DNA of 64,000 bases, taken from positions 9,426,001 to 9,490,000 of the forward strand of contig CM119371.1 of assembly GCA_051294905.1 (NCBI GenBank), written 5' to 3'. The DNA comes from Botryllus schlosseri. Taxonomy: Eukaryota. The position numbers were made by a program, and so were the translations under genes. Below the pieces are notes generated by a model. That model saw only the letters and a list, made by a program, of their open reading frames with translations, was not told the DNA's origin and did not search any database. Every line of letters begins with the position of its first letter. Position 1 is the first letter of the stretch. Shown here piece by piece: positions 24,505 through 38,189 of this stretch.

Positions 24505-26875
24505 TGTTGTTGTTGCTGCTGTTGTTGTTGTTTATTAAACATAAATAATGGCGCTTATCACCTGACGGCCTTTTGCGCCTCGGCCAATAACATTGTACAT
24601 GAATAATGGCGGAAACGGAATAAATTGGATGCACTCAGATCATAACAGGCGGTATCACAAGAACACGAGGGTAAGGCGGTTGCAGAAGAAAACAAATCAA
24701 CTATCAGAATAGTATGATAAACTCAAGGTACAAATTGCGGTTGCACGCAGGGCTTTGGAGCCGGAGCCCCGGAGCCGTGCATTTTTACCGGAGCTGGAGC
24801 CGGAGCCGGAGCTCCATATAAAATTCAGCCGGAGCCGGAGCCGGAGCTGGAGCCAGTTATTTGAGGGGTAGCTCCGGCTCCGACTTATTTCATGAGATGC
24901 TATTATATATGCAACAACCATATCTGCCGAGTTTACCGAATTCAAAAGCAAACCTTCGCGAAATTAAGAATCGTTTCCTCTTTGGCGCTAACCATGTTCC
25001 TGGGGATTTAATAGTAGAGCAGTTAAATGTTCAATTTTCATACTTGAGTGCCGAACCTCGGTATGCGACATATGCCTGTCAATATTGTGGGTATTCGGCA
25101 TACCCGCAATTTCATCATCAGCACAACCTTGTTGGCCAATTGTATACGCTTCGAAAAGAATGATCACTATGTATTACGCGAAATAGGAGAGATGATAAAA
25201 ACGTGATTTCGTTGCTCATGTCGATATGACGAGCACGAGCCGAGAAATTCCATCTCATCGTTGCTACGAATCGGATAAGCAAATACTTGTTTTTTCGTGA
25301 TAGTTCTTTAGTAGGGCCGCGAAAGTGGACAGTGTTATTGCGAATATGCAATTATGCATGCTAATTGCAATTCATTACTGCGCATCATTGTCATTCACTC
25401 CAGTAAGGATTTTCGAACTTAAATAGGGGATGACAGAAGATTAGGCCAAAACCCCATGGTATTCTATGTTGGAGACAAATTACTGATTTGATACGCGATT
25501 TCCAATTTGTGATCATCTGTTTCGTAAACATGTAAATGTGCAATGTGCATACTGCACAGTTTAATTCGTTATTGGCATGGCGCAATGTGCATGACACAGT
25601 GTTTATTTCGATTATTCGATTCATTTCAACGGGAAAATATTATTCCGATAAACTTGATCGACACCGGATGGACTGGTAACGAGTGCACCAATATCGAACA
25701 TCAAACCATAGGCCATTTGGTTTCAAATCGAATTTCTATTGATCCCGTCGTTATATCCGAACATTTTGCGCTAACTACAGTTACAGTTGAATAATAATCG
25801 CACATTTGAAGATTGAATTGAGCTGTATGGGCTAATGGCAATGAGTACAGTGCCAGTGTTAAAATGTCGCATCAGAATTTTAATGCTGTGGCACGGAGTA
25901 AAGTGCTTTTTTAGTTTAATATAATAGACGACGATTTACTAAAAATGTGACTGGACCCTGGATCTGCCAATGCGTCGAAACTGGTATTTTAGTCCAGTCA
26001 TCAACATCCCAAGTGCCGCGGCCAGACGAATCATATTTTTGGTTGGCCTAGCGAGTTCACAATCTGAGCAATTCAATTTCGATAATATAACATGATTTCG
26101 ATAATATAATGGGAAATTAGCTCGCAGGCTACTCAAAGCCTTATCGCGGGCTACATATGGACCGCAGGCCGCGGGTTGCTCACCCCTGATATAGACAAAC
26201 ACCTTCGATAGTTTTCAGAGCCGGAGCCGGAGCTGGAGCCGGAGCAGTGGTAATAATGCTGCTCCGGAGCTGGAGCCGGAGCTGATGTATGATAGAAGAG
26301 AGCTCCGGAGCCGGAGCTGGAGCAATGCAAATTTACGGCTGCTCCGAAGCCCTGGCTGCACGATAACACAAATTCAACAACAGGAGGTGTTATTTGAGGA
26401 GTAAGCAGTTCAGTAATACAAAAATTCACTTTCAATTGCGCACATTTATCTATAAGAAATGCACGGTGAAAAGCATATTTTGGACAACATATTAAAAAGT
26501 GTTCGACGGTTTCGGAGTATCGGCAGTAACTACAACATGGAGATTCAACTATTCCAATTTTAAACAAATGGGCGTTCAATCGGCAAACAAATGGGCGTTC
26601 AATCGGCAATGTCCAGATTTCAAACGAAACATGATGCCATCTATGAGGCGGTTTCCACAAGTAGGGGAAGAATCACAAACCGAGGATTTGAAGGATTTAT
26701 ATTGACATCCTTTTTCGGATACGTGGTATTCCTGATCCCACAACGTGATGCAGTGACGACGTACGATACGGCGGGCTTCTTGTTTCGAGAGCATCGGCAA
26801 ATCCCGATAATTCGACGGGGAGTCGGAGACGGTTTTCGCTAATCTGTCCGCTTTTTCATTGCCGTGAATGCCTTT
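24505..26875 (-). mobile_element. 3' part of an RNase H-bearing LINE (I-group-like), interrupted by MITE 24748-26354
   Basis: GIHGNEKADRLAK RNase H end; FRLKSGHCRLNAHL..C..C..ETVEHFLIC knuckle; 23-nt tandem duplication near 26562-26607; (CAA)n tail at about 24505-24530. Confidence 0.85.
24748..26354. mobile_element. hAT-type MITE with GGAGCC repeats
   Basis: CAGGGCTTTGGAGC / GCTCCGAAGCCCTG ends; TSD GTTGCACG / GCTGCACG. Confidence 0.85.
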
Positions 26876-27775
26876 ATAGAGATTAGTCCTTGGTGGATTT
26901 GATTGAATATTTCAAAATTCAAGCTCACGTGAAGTCTTAAAATAACAGTGGACGTGGACATGCCTTAGAAATCACCACGTCTGTCTTCTATCTTTTGCGG
27001 TTTTCAGGGATTGTGGAACTCCTGAGTGGTTCAGGTTCGTGTGAACATAAAACGTTAACCTATGACGTCACTATACGTCATATTGGTAATTCCAATCCAA
27101 CATTTCAGTAAAGTGACATATATTTTGTACACGATTCCAAGCGATGATTCAGGCCACATGCTGATACATACACACTACACAAGCATACATCGGTACATGA
27201 TGACTTTTTAAACGTCACCAAATGTATCGACTGGATCAATCAAATGCTAATTCCATAAAATCTAATTTTCAGTGGTTTTCCAGCAATTTCGACGATGACT
27301 CGCAAGAAAATGCAAGCTTATACGCCTCAACGGCAGGACCGTCACTGCCGCACCGCAAACCCCCCTATTGGGTGGGACAAGCTCGAACGCGACCCAAAAT
27401 TATCTCGTGAATGAAAATAAATTAGAGAGCTTTTTTTGAAAATTTGTACAACTTTTTTAAAAACATTTTCGCGATTTAGTTTCAAAGGATTTGTAGAAAT
27501 AGGCATTTCCGAGCCGAGCCGCACCAAGACATTTAACGATTAGGAAAATATGGGGCGCCGGGAAGAGTGCCAAAACGTTCTGCAGTGAGGATACGTTTGC
27601 AGTAAAGGACTGCCCTTTATGTTAATCGAAAACGTCGATATATACATGTCTACTTGTCCATTGGCGCCTAAATGGATGGAGCCGAATCTTCCTGTCCTGG
27701 CAATCTTAACTCCACAGGACAAATGCCATCCACAAAGAACAATTGGAAATGAAGAAACACCAACTTGGCATCGTG

Positions 27776-28145
27776 GGACGCGAGTGGCGCAGCTAATTAA
27801 GCGCTAGCGTCACGACACCAATGGCAGTGGTTCGAATCCCGGTTCGGACCAACTTCTATGTGTCGGAGGCTTATCTGGGCTCCTCATTGCTAACCTCACT
27901 GCCGTAGCAGTGTCTCGAAAAGCCCAGTATGATGGTGAGCCGCGCCAGTAAGAAGTCAGCAGTAAAGAACGAGTGCAGATGCAAGAAAGAGAGCGAGACT
28001 GAAGTTGGGAGCGCACGAGTGTGAAAGTCATCCGGAAAGAATACGAAAGCAAAGATCCTGAATATTACTACTATCTTTGTCGTGGTGTACATGACCTTAA
28101 TAGGCGATAAACACCACTGTTGTATGTGTTAAATAAATCAAACCA
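27776..28145 (+). mobile_element. tRNA-derived SINE (family 2)
   Basis: A-box TGGCGCAGCTAA, B-box GGTTCGAATCC, AATAAA plus CAAAC tail; TSD AACTTGG(C/G)ATCGTG. Confidence 0.85.
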
Positions 28146-29090
28146 AACTTGGGATCGTGTGCATCTGTTAGCGATTTCAATATCTTTTCACATAGCAGAC
28201 AGGAGGTCATAAAATAGCAACATGTAAAGAAGTGATTGTGCCAACGTGCTCACCCGGAAATGTTTAATTATTATTACGCAGCTCAAATTTTCCAAGACAA
28301 CACTGCCGTCAATCTGACTACGTGGACTGAGCGAGGAGAAGAAATTTCGAGGAATATATATGCTATACCAACATTAATATTGACCGATTCAATCACGAAT
28401 CACGGAAAACGTTCGCGCCTCGCGCGATTACGCCAGACAAAGTAACGAATTACTGAGTACAAGTAAATCTCGCTCACAAGCAGTGGTAAAAACGCAGAAC
28501 CCGAAGGGGGACTGGGGGAAAATCCCCTCAGAAGTTGGTTTTATCACTCTATCATGGGGGGGGGGGAGACCAATGTTTTGGGGGGATGACGAAGTGCTGT
28601 TTCGGCCCGGCCCGATGGTCTAGGCCAAACCAGACATTTTATTCGGCGTTAGACTAATGCTGCATTGATACTGAGCAGAGTGTAAAACGGGTTTCTATAT
28701 ATTTGCTTCGTACCAACATCACCTCGTAAATAAGTTATACAGTAGCCAACACGCCAATCGCAAAGATTTGGCTTTTATGACACAATAAACATATCAAATC
28801 AAGGGGGATCACGTACACCTGCTACATTTTTGCATTAAATAGCGATGTATTCTTTATATCAATTTCATTGATTGATAAAATAAGTCTTTATCATAGACTT
28901 ACTGCATGCAGTGTATCACGCTATTTGTGTTATGTGATTGCGGGTCAATCTCACAGCAAAGAGTCACAAAATATTCACAAACGGATGTTATAGTTACATG
29001 AAAAATTGTAACGTATGAAGAAGGTTCACAGCGCAGAACCTATCAAGGTTGATTTGTAAACGTGAACTTTTAAATTTGTGAGGTTCACAC

Positions 29091-32000
29091 CAATGTTCCC
29101 TCTAATTTTTCGCGAGTCTGCGCAAACATGCCAACTCACTGCGCAGGCCCTTGGACAACAGTGCGCAACCAGGCCCCCATATGACGATAAGCCGAACTTC
29201 ATGACGCCCCTCAGCCTATACGCTGTTTCACGCTACTTATCTGCTTGATTGAGTCTACGCTTACTGAGTCACCTTTTTCTCGCCTAAATGCGCCAAGCGC
29301 GAGAAATATTTATAATTCATGACTGAATCGGTCAATATGATCGGGAATTGCGCATATATTGCTATCAATTTTTATCCTCTCTCTGCTCACGTAATCTGAT
29401 TTACCGGTAGAGCTGAGGGAGGTGTGTTTGAAAAGGTAGGACCCCTCCATAATAATTTAACATCTCCCGATGTATATACCCGTTGGCAGAAACGAAACAG
29501 CACTTCGTTAGCCCCCCACCCCCACCCCAAAAAACCTTGAGTCTTGGGCTCCCATAGGGTGATAAACGCCCCCCACCATTGCATTGTTCGCTTTTGTCAC
29601 GAAGTTATAGTTTCACTGTTTAGTAAGCCAGCGCGAAGCGCGAAAATTTTCGATAATTCATGATAAAATCGGTCAATAAGATCGGGAAATGCATATTTTT
29701 GCTATCAATTCCTTGTTCTCTCTGCTCTAGTATAATCAGATTTATCGGTAGAGCTGATTGAGGTGTCTTTGAAACTGCAGAGCCCGTAAATAATCATTGG
29801 GCATCTTCGGGCGGGCGGACCCGTTGGTGTGACTTCGTTACATGATGTTATTTCGTGACCTCCTGTCTCTTATATCAAAAAATATAGAATCGCGCAAGCG
29901 TACTAAACTGAAAGATTACACGATTTCGGATTGGTATTTCTTCACTGGCATATATTTTTTTCCTGCGGGATGGTATTTGTCTTGTGAGGTTCAGATTCCA
30001 AAGACAGCAACATTTAGCGCCAGTCATTTAGGCGCCTATATGGACTATTAAACCTATATGTATTTTGCATATATAACGATGTTTTCGGTCAGCATAGGAC
30101 AGTCCTTTACGGTCAAGGTTTTCTCGCTGCCGATCGTTCTGGCACACTTCTTGGAATCGCATGTTACATGGCCTAAAACTTTATATGTCTTAGTGCGTCG
30201 TGGCGCGGTAATGGCCAACGCCGATATGCCCATTTCTATAAATCTAGTGTATTTTTTATTGGGGGAAGAGTAGGGGAGATGTGGTACCGATGGATCACTG
30301 GGACCGAAAATACTTTGAAAATTCTCTATGATAATTCCATGATTACACTCCGTCAACTTGTCTACAATTGCATGCTGGCAAAATCTTTCGTCACATACCA
30401 AAAAATTCGACGAGCGCGAGCTATGGCGTCTCTCAGAGATGTTATTTTGTTTTATGGGGTGTAAACTAAATTTAGATCGACATATAAATTTTTCTCTGTA
30501 ACCCTCAACACGAACAAACCAGCAATCATTTTTATTGGGAAGTGTAGGGCTTGTATCAGGCTATATAATGGCACCTATTGGTTTTTCAGTACCTTCCTTG
30601 AGTGGAATTTTTTTCGATTCATGTATAAAATTCGTAGGGTGGGGACCGATGATACAATAGCCAAATCAAGTAAAATAATCAAGCATACTAATCATGAAAC
30701 AAATGAAACATGCCTACGTACAGAAAATCGTTATGTAATAATTGCATATGATGTGTTATCGCTGTTACGAGATCTTTGGAAGTCGCACTGTCGATTTTCG
30801 GGCAATATGTATGTACCCTTAAATTTATAAGTTCGAGCCTAAATCCAAACGTGAGTTTATGACAACATTTGAGTTAATATTTATTATATTTTTTTACATT
30901 TGCGACCAAACATTCTTCTTTGGCTTGCTGTAGCTTAGATTATAATACTGAGCAAGAAAAGTTGTCACATCTGAGCTTTTTAGGGTATATGTGTCATAGG
31001 TCCCCGGGTCGTGTGCCATTGGACCCACCGGGTGGGGACCGATGATACGTTCGAGCAACAAATTTTGAACGTCCATAAATATTTTTTGAAAAGACGGATG
31101 TTCATGTATATGTTCGCGATAGGTAGAGCTTGTATCAAAGTGCTGAGCCAGCAAAAGATCTGCTGTTTTCGGCTGAACATTTTGGGGCCAGCGATCATTT
31201 TCCAATTTTTGATCCATCGGTACCACATCTCCCCTACCCAATAATCAAGATATTTGGCGACTTGAAATCGCGCGCAGTGCGAAAATTCTTTGAAAAAGTT
31301 GCATAAATTTTTGAAACATACCCTATAATTTATGCTAATTCACAAAATAATTTTGGCCCCCTTCGAGCTCGACCCCCCCCCCCCAATTGCGGGGTTTGGG
31401 GTGCGGCAGTTACGGCCCTGCGACTACGAAGTGGTAACAACTATCAATTCACCATTTTTCAGTATTTTCCTCCGGTATTGCAAATGTGTCCTCTTTTCAG
31501 ATTTCCAAAATGTGGTAATCCTAGGTATTACCTTATCGACAGAAAACTCCCGTTCAAACTAATTGAATAATATCAGTGCACAGTTGCGGCGTTTCCCGAT
31601 CAACGTTTGCAAGGGGATGGATTTTTCAACAATGTTGGTGCTTGTACTTGCAGATTCTGCATATTATCCTATCTCACCATACGTGATCAGATTTGCCTGA
31701 TGAAAGTGATGACTTCGAAAATTCACGGCATGTAATTGTACAGTAAATCTTATGCAATGTTCATGCCACACGGAGAAGACTATTCGTTAGTTTCTCGCAG
31801 ATTAACTTCGCGCTAGCCCATTCTTATTTAGTTAAACCATGTTATTTCGCCATTCCCAGAAAATATTGTGCTACTGAAATGATTACAGTATCGCTCACGC
31901 GTACGAGACCATACTAAAAGAACAATCTCTTTCGTGAGGCGCACGTCATTGCAAATTATCATTTCTTTACAGAGCGCAATATTTACCTGTACCTCGGTTT

Positions 32001-32206
32001 CAGACTTCACCTGTAACACTATTGGCCCCTAGCAATGTTCCCTCTGATTTTACACGAGTCTGCGCGCTTGCGCGGTCCCTTGGAGAACAACAATTAAAAA
32101 AAAAGTCATCCCTACGGATTTTTTGTGCGCAGCCAAGATTTTCTGTGCGCAGAGACCGGTTCAGCACTGCGCATTTGCGCTCGTGCGCAGCTTAGAGGGA
32201 ACATTG
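29091..32206. mobile_element. Composite hAT-type element (CAATGTTCCCTCT TIR) with about 2.9 kb of internal sequence
   Basis: Left end 29091, right end 32206, perfect TSD GTTCACAC; a second left end at 32033 lacks that flank. Confidence 0.75.
30270..31237. mobile_element. MITE inserted in a repeat that recurs inverted at 63612-64000
   Basis: 28-bp TIRs GTAGGGGAGATGTGGTACCGATGGATCA / TGATCCATCGGTACCACATCTCCCCTAC. Confidence 0.8.
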
Positions 32207-32615
32207 GTTCACACACAGAATGTGAACGTATGCCTCATTTACATAAGTATAACTTTGTAGAGATTATTCCTTGTTGGATCGCATTAAATAATTCAAAATT
32301 TAAGTTCGCGCAATACATATAGCTTTGAAATAACATTTAACATGTCTTGAAAATCGCTACTAAATATACGACTTTACTTCAACTTATATTTGAGTAGGCT
32401 GCCAACGATCACTTTCTCGACCACCCCTATCTGTATCTGTTGCACCATCGGCATCAGCCGAAACACTAAATCACGTAGCAGAAAATGCCCTGAAATAATA
32501 GCGGCATCTATGTTGATATTCTGTCAATTCTGAACACCAACGAATTATTATCCACTCGTTCTATATGCAATGCTTATGACTCCTTGCCAATAAATGCACA
32601 ATTTCTGTCTCGTAG

Positions 32616-32841
32616 GATTTTTCGATGGCATATCGATCAACTTGGTCTTCCTCGGTATATCTATTTATTACGAGAAGCATCGCTCCAAGGCCGCTGGGCT
32701 GATTTCATCTGGAGTGTCCGTCGGAGTCCTCGTGGCAGCGCCTGCACTATCAGCAATCATCGGAGAATATGGATGGCGCGGTGCGATGCTCATCACTTCA
32801 GCCGTGACGCTCCACGCTTGCGTAGGAACTGCGCTATATAG
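32616..32841 (+). CDS. SLC16-like exon 3
   Basis: YYEKHRSKAAGLISSG...EYGWRGAMLITSAVTLHACVGTALYR (MCT YFxKRR and GWRG motifs); AG and GTGAG boundaries; phases consistent. Confidence 0.9.
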
Positions 32842-33443
32842 GTGAGCTAGTATATGCAATTTTATTGACTTCTGACTGCGCGCTATTCAAACTGAATGTA
32901 GGTATTCAGTAACGAAGTACATCTTCATTTTCCGAGTACTCGTTCACGTTTGCAGACCTATGTAGGGGGTTTAGGAGTTGGAGACGTCTTGTTTCAGGGT
33001 AGGGGATTAGTGGATTATAGCTTCGCTATTTAGCGTTTTGCGAAAAATTATTTCCGTATTGCGTTATATTCTTGCTGTGTACCGATGAAAAATGTAATTG
33101 TCGGCGGTCTTACTCCGCCGTCCATGAAATGGGTAAGTACCAAGTTTGACAGCTCTGCAGGAACTGACAGCGAAATTCTTTCATGTGGGTTTCGGACCTA
33201 AAGAACTTTAAAATTTTTGCATGGTTAATTGAACACGCAGCCACGCTGCACATCTTAAACTGTCGGTTTATACTACGGAACCTGTCGAGTATCGCAATCC
33301 CCAATAATTAAAAATAATGTGCAAAATTGGTGCAACTTTTGTCAAAATGAAGTGCAACTTTATTGCGATTTCAGTGCAACAAAAACTTGTCCCTGTTATC
33401 ACAGATCAGTGATTAGCAACCGACATAAATTACACTCTTCCAG

Positions 33444-33629
33444 GCCGGTTGCGAGTGTTGATGTGGAAGAAAATCCCGTTGCTGCAGATGACCGGGTCTT
33501 GGCAAAGTGTCCCGCTTCAGATGATAACACTTGCTTGATTCGGATCAAAGCCGTATTGACTACACCCTGTTTTCGCGTGTAGTCTACATCTTAGCTTACG
33601 CAACTAGCACGACTTACTGGGCGGCCATG
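33444..33629 (+). CDS. SLC16-like exon 4, with a 1-nt frameshift near 33565-33575
   Basis: Acceptor TTCCAG, donor GTAAGG; loop RPVASVDVEEN...; the entry frame stops at 33580-33582 while the shifted frame gives SRVVYILAYATSTTYWAAM in phase with exon 5. Confidence 0.7.
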
Positions 33630-33710
33630 GTAAGGAATTCAACTTCCCACCTTTAAAGGTGACGAAATTCATATACTTTTACTGGAGTTTTACCATAGGT
33701 TTGTCTACTG

Positions 33711-34570
33711 CAGTGGTTCCCAACCTTTTTATCCTAATTCCCCCCTTCCGATTTATTCCGAGCCTTCATTCCCCACCTAAAATCTCCATATCCATATCCA
33801 CCCTTTAAAGTGCTACCTACAATAAAATTTTGCAAGACTTTGCTTAGTAAATAGTATGTGCTATTGGGGATTGGTAATATACTCCGGAATTGATCAACAC
33901 ACAATAGAATGAATGCAGCGGTGAACTGGTAACCGTATACGCACCTCCGTAAATATATGTATCTCCCCCGGCGCGCAGCCAACAGAAAAATAGCAGGGGT
34001 TTGAAAATTTTCCAAATGTTGGGATGTAGCATCAATTTTCTTACGTAAATGCCGAAAAATACATGGGTCAGCTCAACTTCCTGATGTTGACGAACTGATG
34101 CGTGCGATATATATATAAGCCGCCGTTAACTACACTTTCGCACAATACTAAAGAACTTGAAATAACATAAATATGCAATTTCATTTGTAACGAGTCCGGG
34201 TGTGCTATCAATTAGCCTGTCCAGGATCTCCCTTGAATACATGTTCATTGTTCAGCAATACGACCTCTTATTACAACGAATAAAAAAAATTTCTATCACT
34301 ACGTTTCGTGACCGATGATGGTGTACAAATGAATAAAACTATTCTGGAGATCGCGTGTTGCTATCCAGGCGATTCTCGCTAATTGGAGGTGCTGATAATA
34401 TGAATCGCTGAATTGCAAATGAGCTACGAAATATTCGGACGGCATTTCAAAACGGCATTTAATAAAGGAGAATATTACTGTAAAGATTTTTTCAAAAGTG
34501 AGTTTATTCCCCACCAGAAATCCCGAAATTCCACACCAGTGGGGAATTCCCCACCATTTGGGAACCACTG
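33711..34570. mobile_element. hAT Buster/Charlie-type MITE
   Basis: CAGTGGTTCCCAA / TTGGGAACCACTG ends; TSD GTCTACTG / ATCTACTG. Confidence 0.85.
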
Positions 34571-35347
34571 ATCTACTGGTGCTGCTTACGCAAGCGGTCA
34601 GGAATACATACTAATTTCAATTTTAGTAGTACAGTCAGATTTTCATCCATGTCATAAATTTTCCATAACGACCTGGCCAAATAGCTCTTGTGCCCCGTTA
34701 ACCGAACATATATTTCTAGAATTAGCCTACAACTAATATTTCTAGTTTCGTTAGTCATTGAAAGTGCACCCTGATATTTTCGAAGTACCCACTTTTGATC
34801 AACTGCTAAAGGCATGTGGCTCATTGTCCGAATATACTGTAATGAAACTATACTTAATCTAGTAGTTTTCACACCATCATTTGCTACTTCTACTTGCAGC
34901 GGTTTTGAGATGAAGAGATGGGATAAAGTTCTGATTGAGTAGAAATTGACAGTGTTATATCTAATTCTACTTCAGTAGCCACAGTGAATACTTTGACCAC
35001 CACTACCTATCTTTCCTAATTGGCTTCTCAATCGCATAAATGATTAATGCTTGTGGTCAGTGCGTCATTGCATATTACATATCTGTTATTAGACCCTCTT
35101 TTACAAACGTCATCAATGCATCAATTGAATTAGGGTTACCATACGTTCTCCTTTACGAGGATTTGTCCTCCTTTTTAGGAAATGTACTCCATCCGCCCAA
35201 ATTTCCTTCTTTATGACTATTTGTCTTCCTTCAAAGCCTATAATGCCCAAAACGACCACGAAAAACGTTATATTTTGACCTAAAAGATCGATGACGGGCT
35301 ATGCGGGAGTGTAATCTGAATATACCTTTTTTGCCAACACATATAAT

Positions 35348-36545
35348 TAGGGCGATTTTTTGAACTTAAAAAACTTGATTTTGACAAATTTTGACCTCAT
35401 GTATGCAAATTAGGTGTTTTCCCATATAATGGAATTGTGCTACTTATCTTCATTTCCGGTTGGAACTGTCCGTCCTTACGAAGTAGTTTGACCTGGAAAT
35501 ACTTTTTTTACTTAACATCTGACCAATTTTTACATGAAAACCTTTATTTTAATGAAATCTGGACATTTGAAGAATTCCAGTAGTTATATCACGCATTATG
35601 TAGAAATAATAAAAATTGATTGCAGTACAACGAAAGATACTTTCGTACAATATCGGGTGGAAATTGTCTGTCCTTGCTAAGTAGCTTGCCAAGAATGGAG
35701 AAAGAACGTTCAACAGCAGCAGTTCTTGGCTGTTCTGTTCTGGTTCTTTAGTGCTGACAATACTAAAGTTTTGCGTACACTGCTGGTGACACACCGTGTT
35801 GCTTCATTCTAACAATGTTGTCGACACCAGGGTTGACTTGACTCGAGTCATTTTTTTCAAAATACGGGAAGGAATCGACTTGACTCGAGACTCAGACGGC
35901 CAAGACCGACATTTCATTGTAAGAATTGTGAAGTAACCACCCTATTGAGATTTCGTCTGATTGGTACTGGTACTTGAAAATGCAAAAAAAAACCTGCTAA
36001 AATTGAGCTCGGACTCGAGTCATGATTCCATGACTCAGACTTGACCCGATGCTCGATGACTTGGACTCGGACTTGACTCGGTGGTGAATTGAAAATGACT
36101 CGACTTGACTCGAGTCAAAACAATTAAAGTGAAATTGACTCGTGACTCGGAGCCTGGTGACTTTGGTTACAACCCTGGTCAACACTACGTCATCATTTTT
36201 CATCATTTGCTTCTGGATATCAATGCCAACGCAGCATTGCTTCAGTTAGGATATTGCGGTACGTTGAGCATAACATAACACAATGTCTACCTATTTATTT
36301 CAATTGACCGTCTATGGTTCACAATGAGCAGACAATGGGCCGTCTACAATGGTGGGCCTATAAAGTAGGCTAAAAGCTGTAAAATATCAAATTACTAAGT
36401 TCACCGACAGTGTAAAATCTACGGTACAAACGAAATGCAGGGGTCAAAAAACATTGACTTTGTAAACAATTTTGACAATTTTTGGACCTAACGCTACAAT
36501 TTTGACAAAATTTTGACTTATTTTGACGTGTCAAAAATCGCCCCA
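35348..36545 (-). mobile_element. Third copy of the 19462 hAT family
   Basis: TAGGGCGATTTTT / AAAAATCGCCCCA ends; TSD CATATAAT / CTTATAAT. Confidence 0.85.
35828..36177. mobile_element. MITE with GACTTGACTCG repeats; partial copy at about 11685-11862
   Basis: CAGGGTTG / CAACCCTG ends; TSD GTCGACAC / GTCAACAC. Confidence 0.8.
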
Positions 36546-37777
36546 CTTATAATATAAGATGTAATCGGGTATTTCGGGAGTCAAATCGGGAACACGACTT
36601 TCTGTTTAGTCAACACCACAGAAGTATAGTTAAAAAGTTGGTAATTCGGTAGTCGAGTAAAAGTGATAACTAGGGCAAGCTTTTGCAACTTTTTCCACTT
36701 TTTTTACAGCTTCCGACAGCTTCCTAGATACTCAGAATCTATGTACTATGATGTTTTAAGCTGTTTGGAGGGATTTTATAGTGCAACTTTTTGCAACTTT
36801 TCTCTATTTTTCATGCCAATTTTTACTCCAACTTTTATCAAATATTGCGTTAAAATGTAAAGGAATGATTTGAAAATAAGCTATAAACTATTTCTAGTAT
36901 GCTTCTATTCTCTTTGATTTTTGCAAAACAGAAAGCTATATGATGGGTTAGCTGCATCTCACTAGTATCTATGACACAATGACTTGCAAGCAAGAAGTTC
37001 AACTACCCCTGCCAAGAACGACCGTGCCCGAACAGTAGTTAAATAGTTCACGTTTATTAATATTATCGTTTAAATTTCAAAATTTCCCTTTTCACGAGCG
37101 CCCAGGCGAGACCGCCGAACATTACATTTTCACTGAGTCACATTTTTCAGGCTATCGCTTTTGTTAAAGTCACCGAGAGTGAGTTTTTCTGCAGTGCCTC
37201 AGGTCAAGTATACAGACCTAGGGGGTTTGGGGTATGTTATTTGACTTGTTTTAGGGGGAGGGGGTTCTCGCTATGCTGTTTGGCTTTAGGGGGAAATTAT
37301 CCCCACATTGCGTAATTTTCCAGCTATGTGCCGGAAAAAGTGTAAATTTTTGCGGTTTCGCCAGATCGTGCATTAAATGGCGATAAAGTAACAAATTTTA
37401 CAGCTCTGCATGAACTAGGTTATACAACGGAACGTTTCGAGTATCTCATACCCTAATAATTCAACAAAAATTATAAATGCAATTTTCTCGCGATTTTAGT
37501 GCAACAAAAACTTGCCCCAGCTGATAACCTTTTTTGAGTCAACACATCAAGATTTCTAGTAAATATCCCAAAATCAGCTTTTTAAATTTTGTTAAACCAT
37601 CTTTTATGATCTGACAGAAGTGTCCTCCATATTCGATTCCAGAATATGGTAACCCTAATTAAACTTCATCGGTTCACTGTCTGTTATCTTACCGGCATTT
37701 CAATTAAACTTGACATAGTGGGCCTACTGAAGATTTCATTTCTCAATGAGATCTACCACTTCACAATTTGAGCTTTT

Positions 37778-38176
37778 TGTTACATGGAAGTACTTTCCAT
37801 CAGTGTCGAGTGACTTAACTTGTGTGGTGACCCCGTCACGGCGTATACTCGTAGCAATAACGGGAACGCGGGGTGTGTTCCTGGGCTCGGGACCTCGTCT
37901 CTTTGCGTCTGCCGCCTGCTCAAATGACCCTTAGGGTACACAATATGAATACGGCGGGGCTGACAACACCACAAGTCTATACGGTTACAATATATAGAAT
38001 AATACGACACAAGAAGCTCATAACGGCGAATTCTCACGGACGCATACATGCACACTGTACAGCAGACTGTAACGAACTCCGCGCCAACCCCACGCACACA
38101 TAGCCCATCAGCCTAAACCTATCTCAGCAGCAGCCTTGCCATCTACAAGCGAGTACGAACTACCAACATGGTAACA
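37778..38176. mobile_element. Possible solo LTR
   Basis: About 400 bp, more GC-rich than its flanks, bounded by TGTTAC...GTAACA; no TSD found. Confidence 0.35.
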
Positions 38177-38189
38177 TCACTCCTTAAGC

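Larger units (their letters stand above)
35131..37657. mobile_element. hAT-type element (relative of 11279) hosting nested elements 35348-36545, 35828-36177 and 36671-37519
   Basis: TAGGGTTACCATA / TATGGTAACCCTA ends and TGTCCTC repeats; TSD not clear. Confidence 0.65.

Noticed and set aside
31690..31732. CTGATGA-AAGTGATGACTTC-GAAA hammerhead-like motif
   Set aside because: The stem II closing pair is mismatched and stem I does not pair in register.
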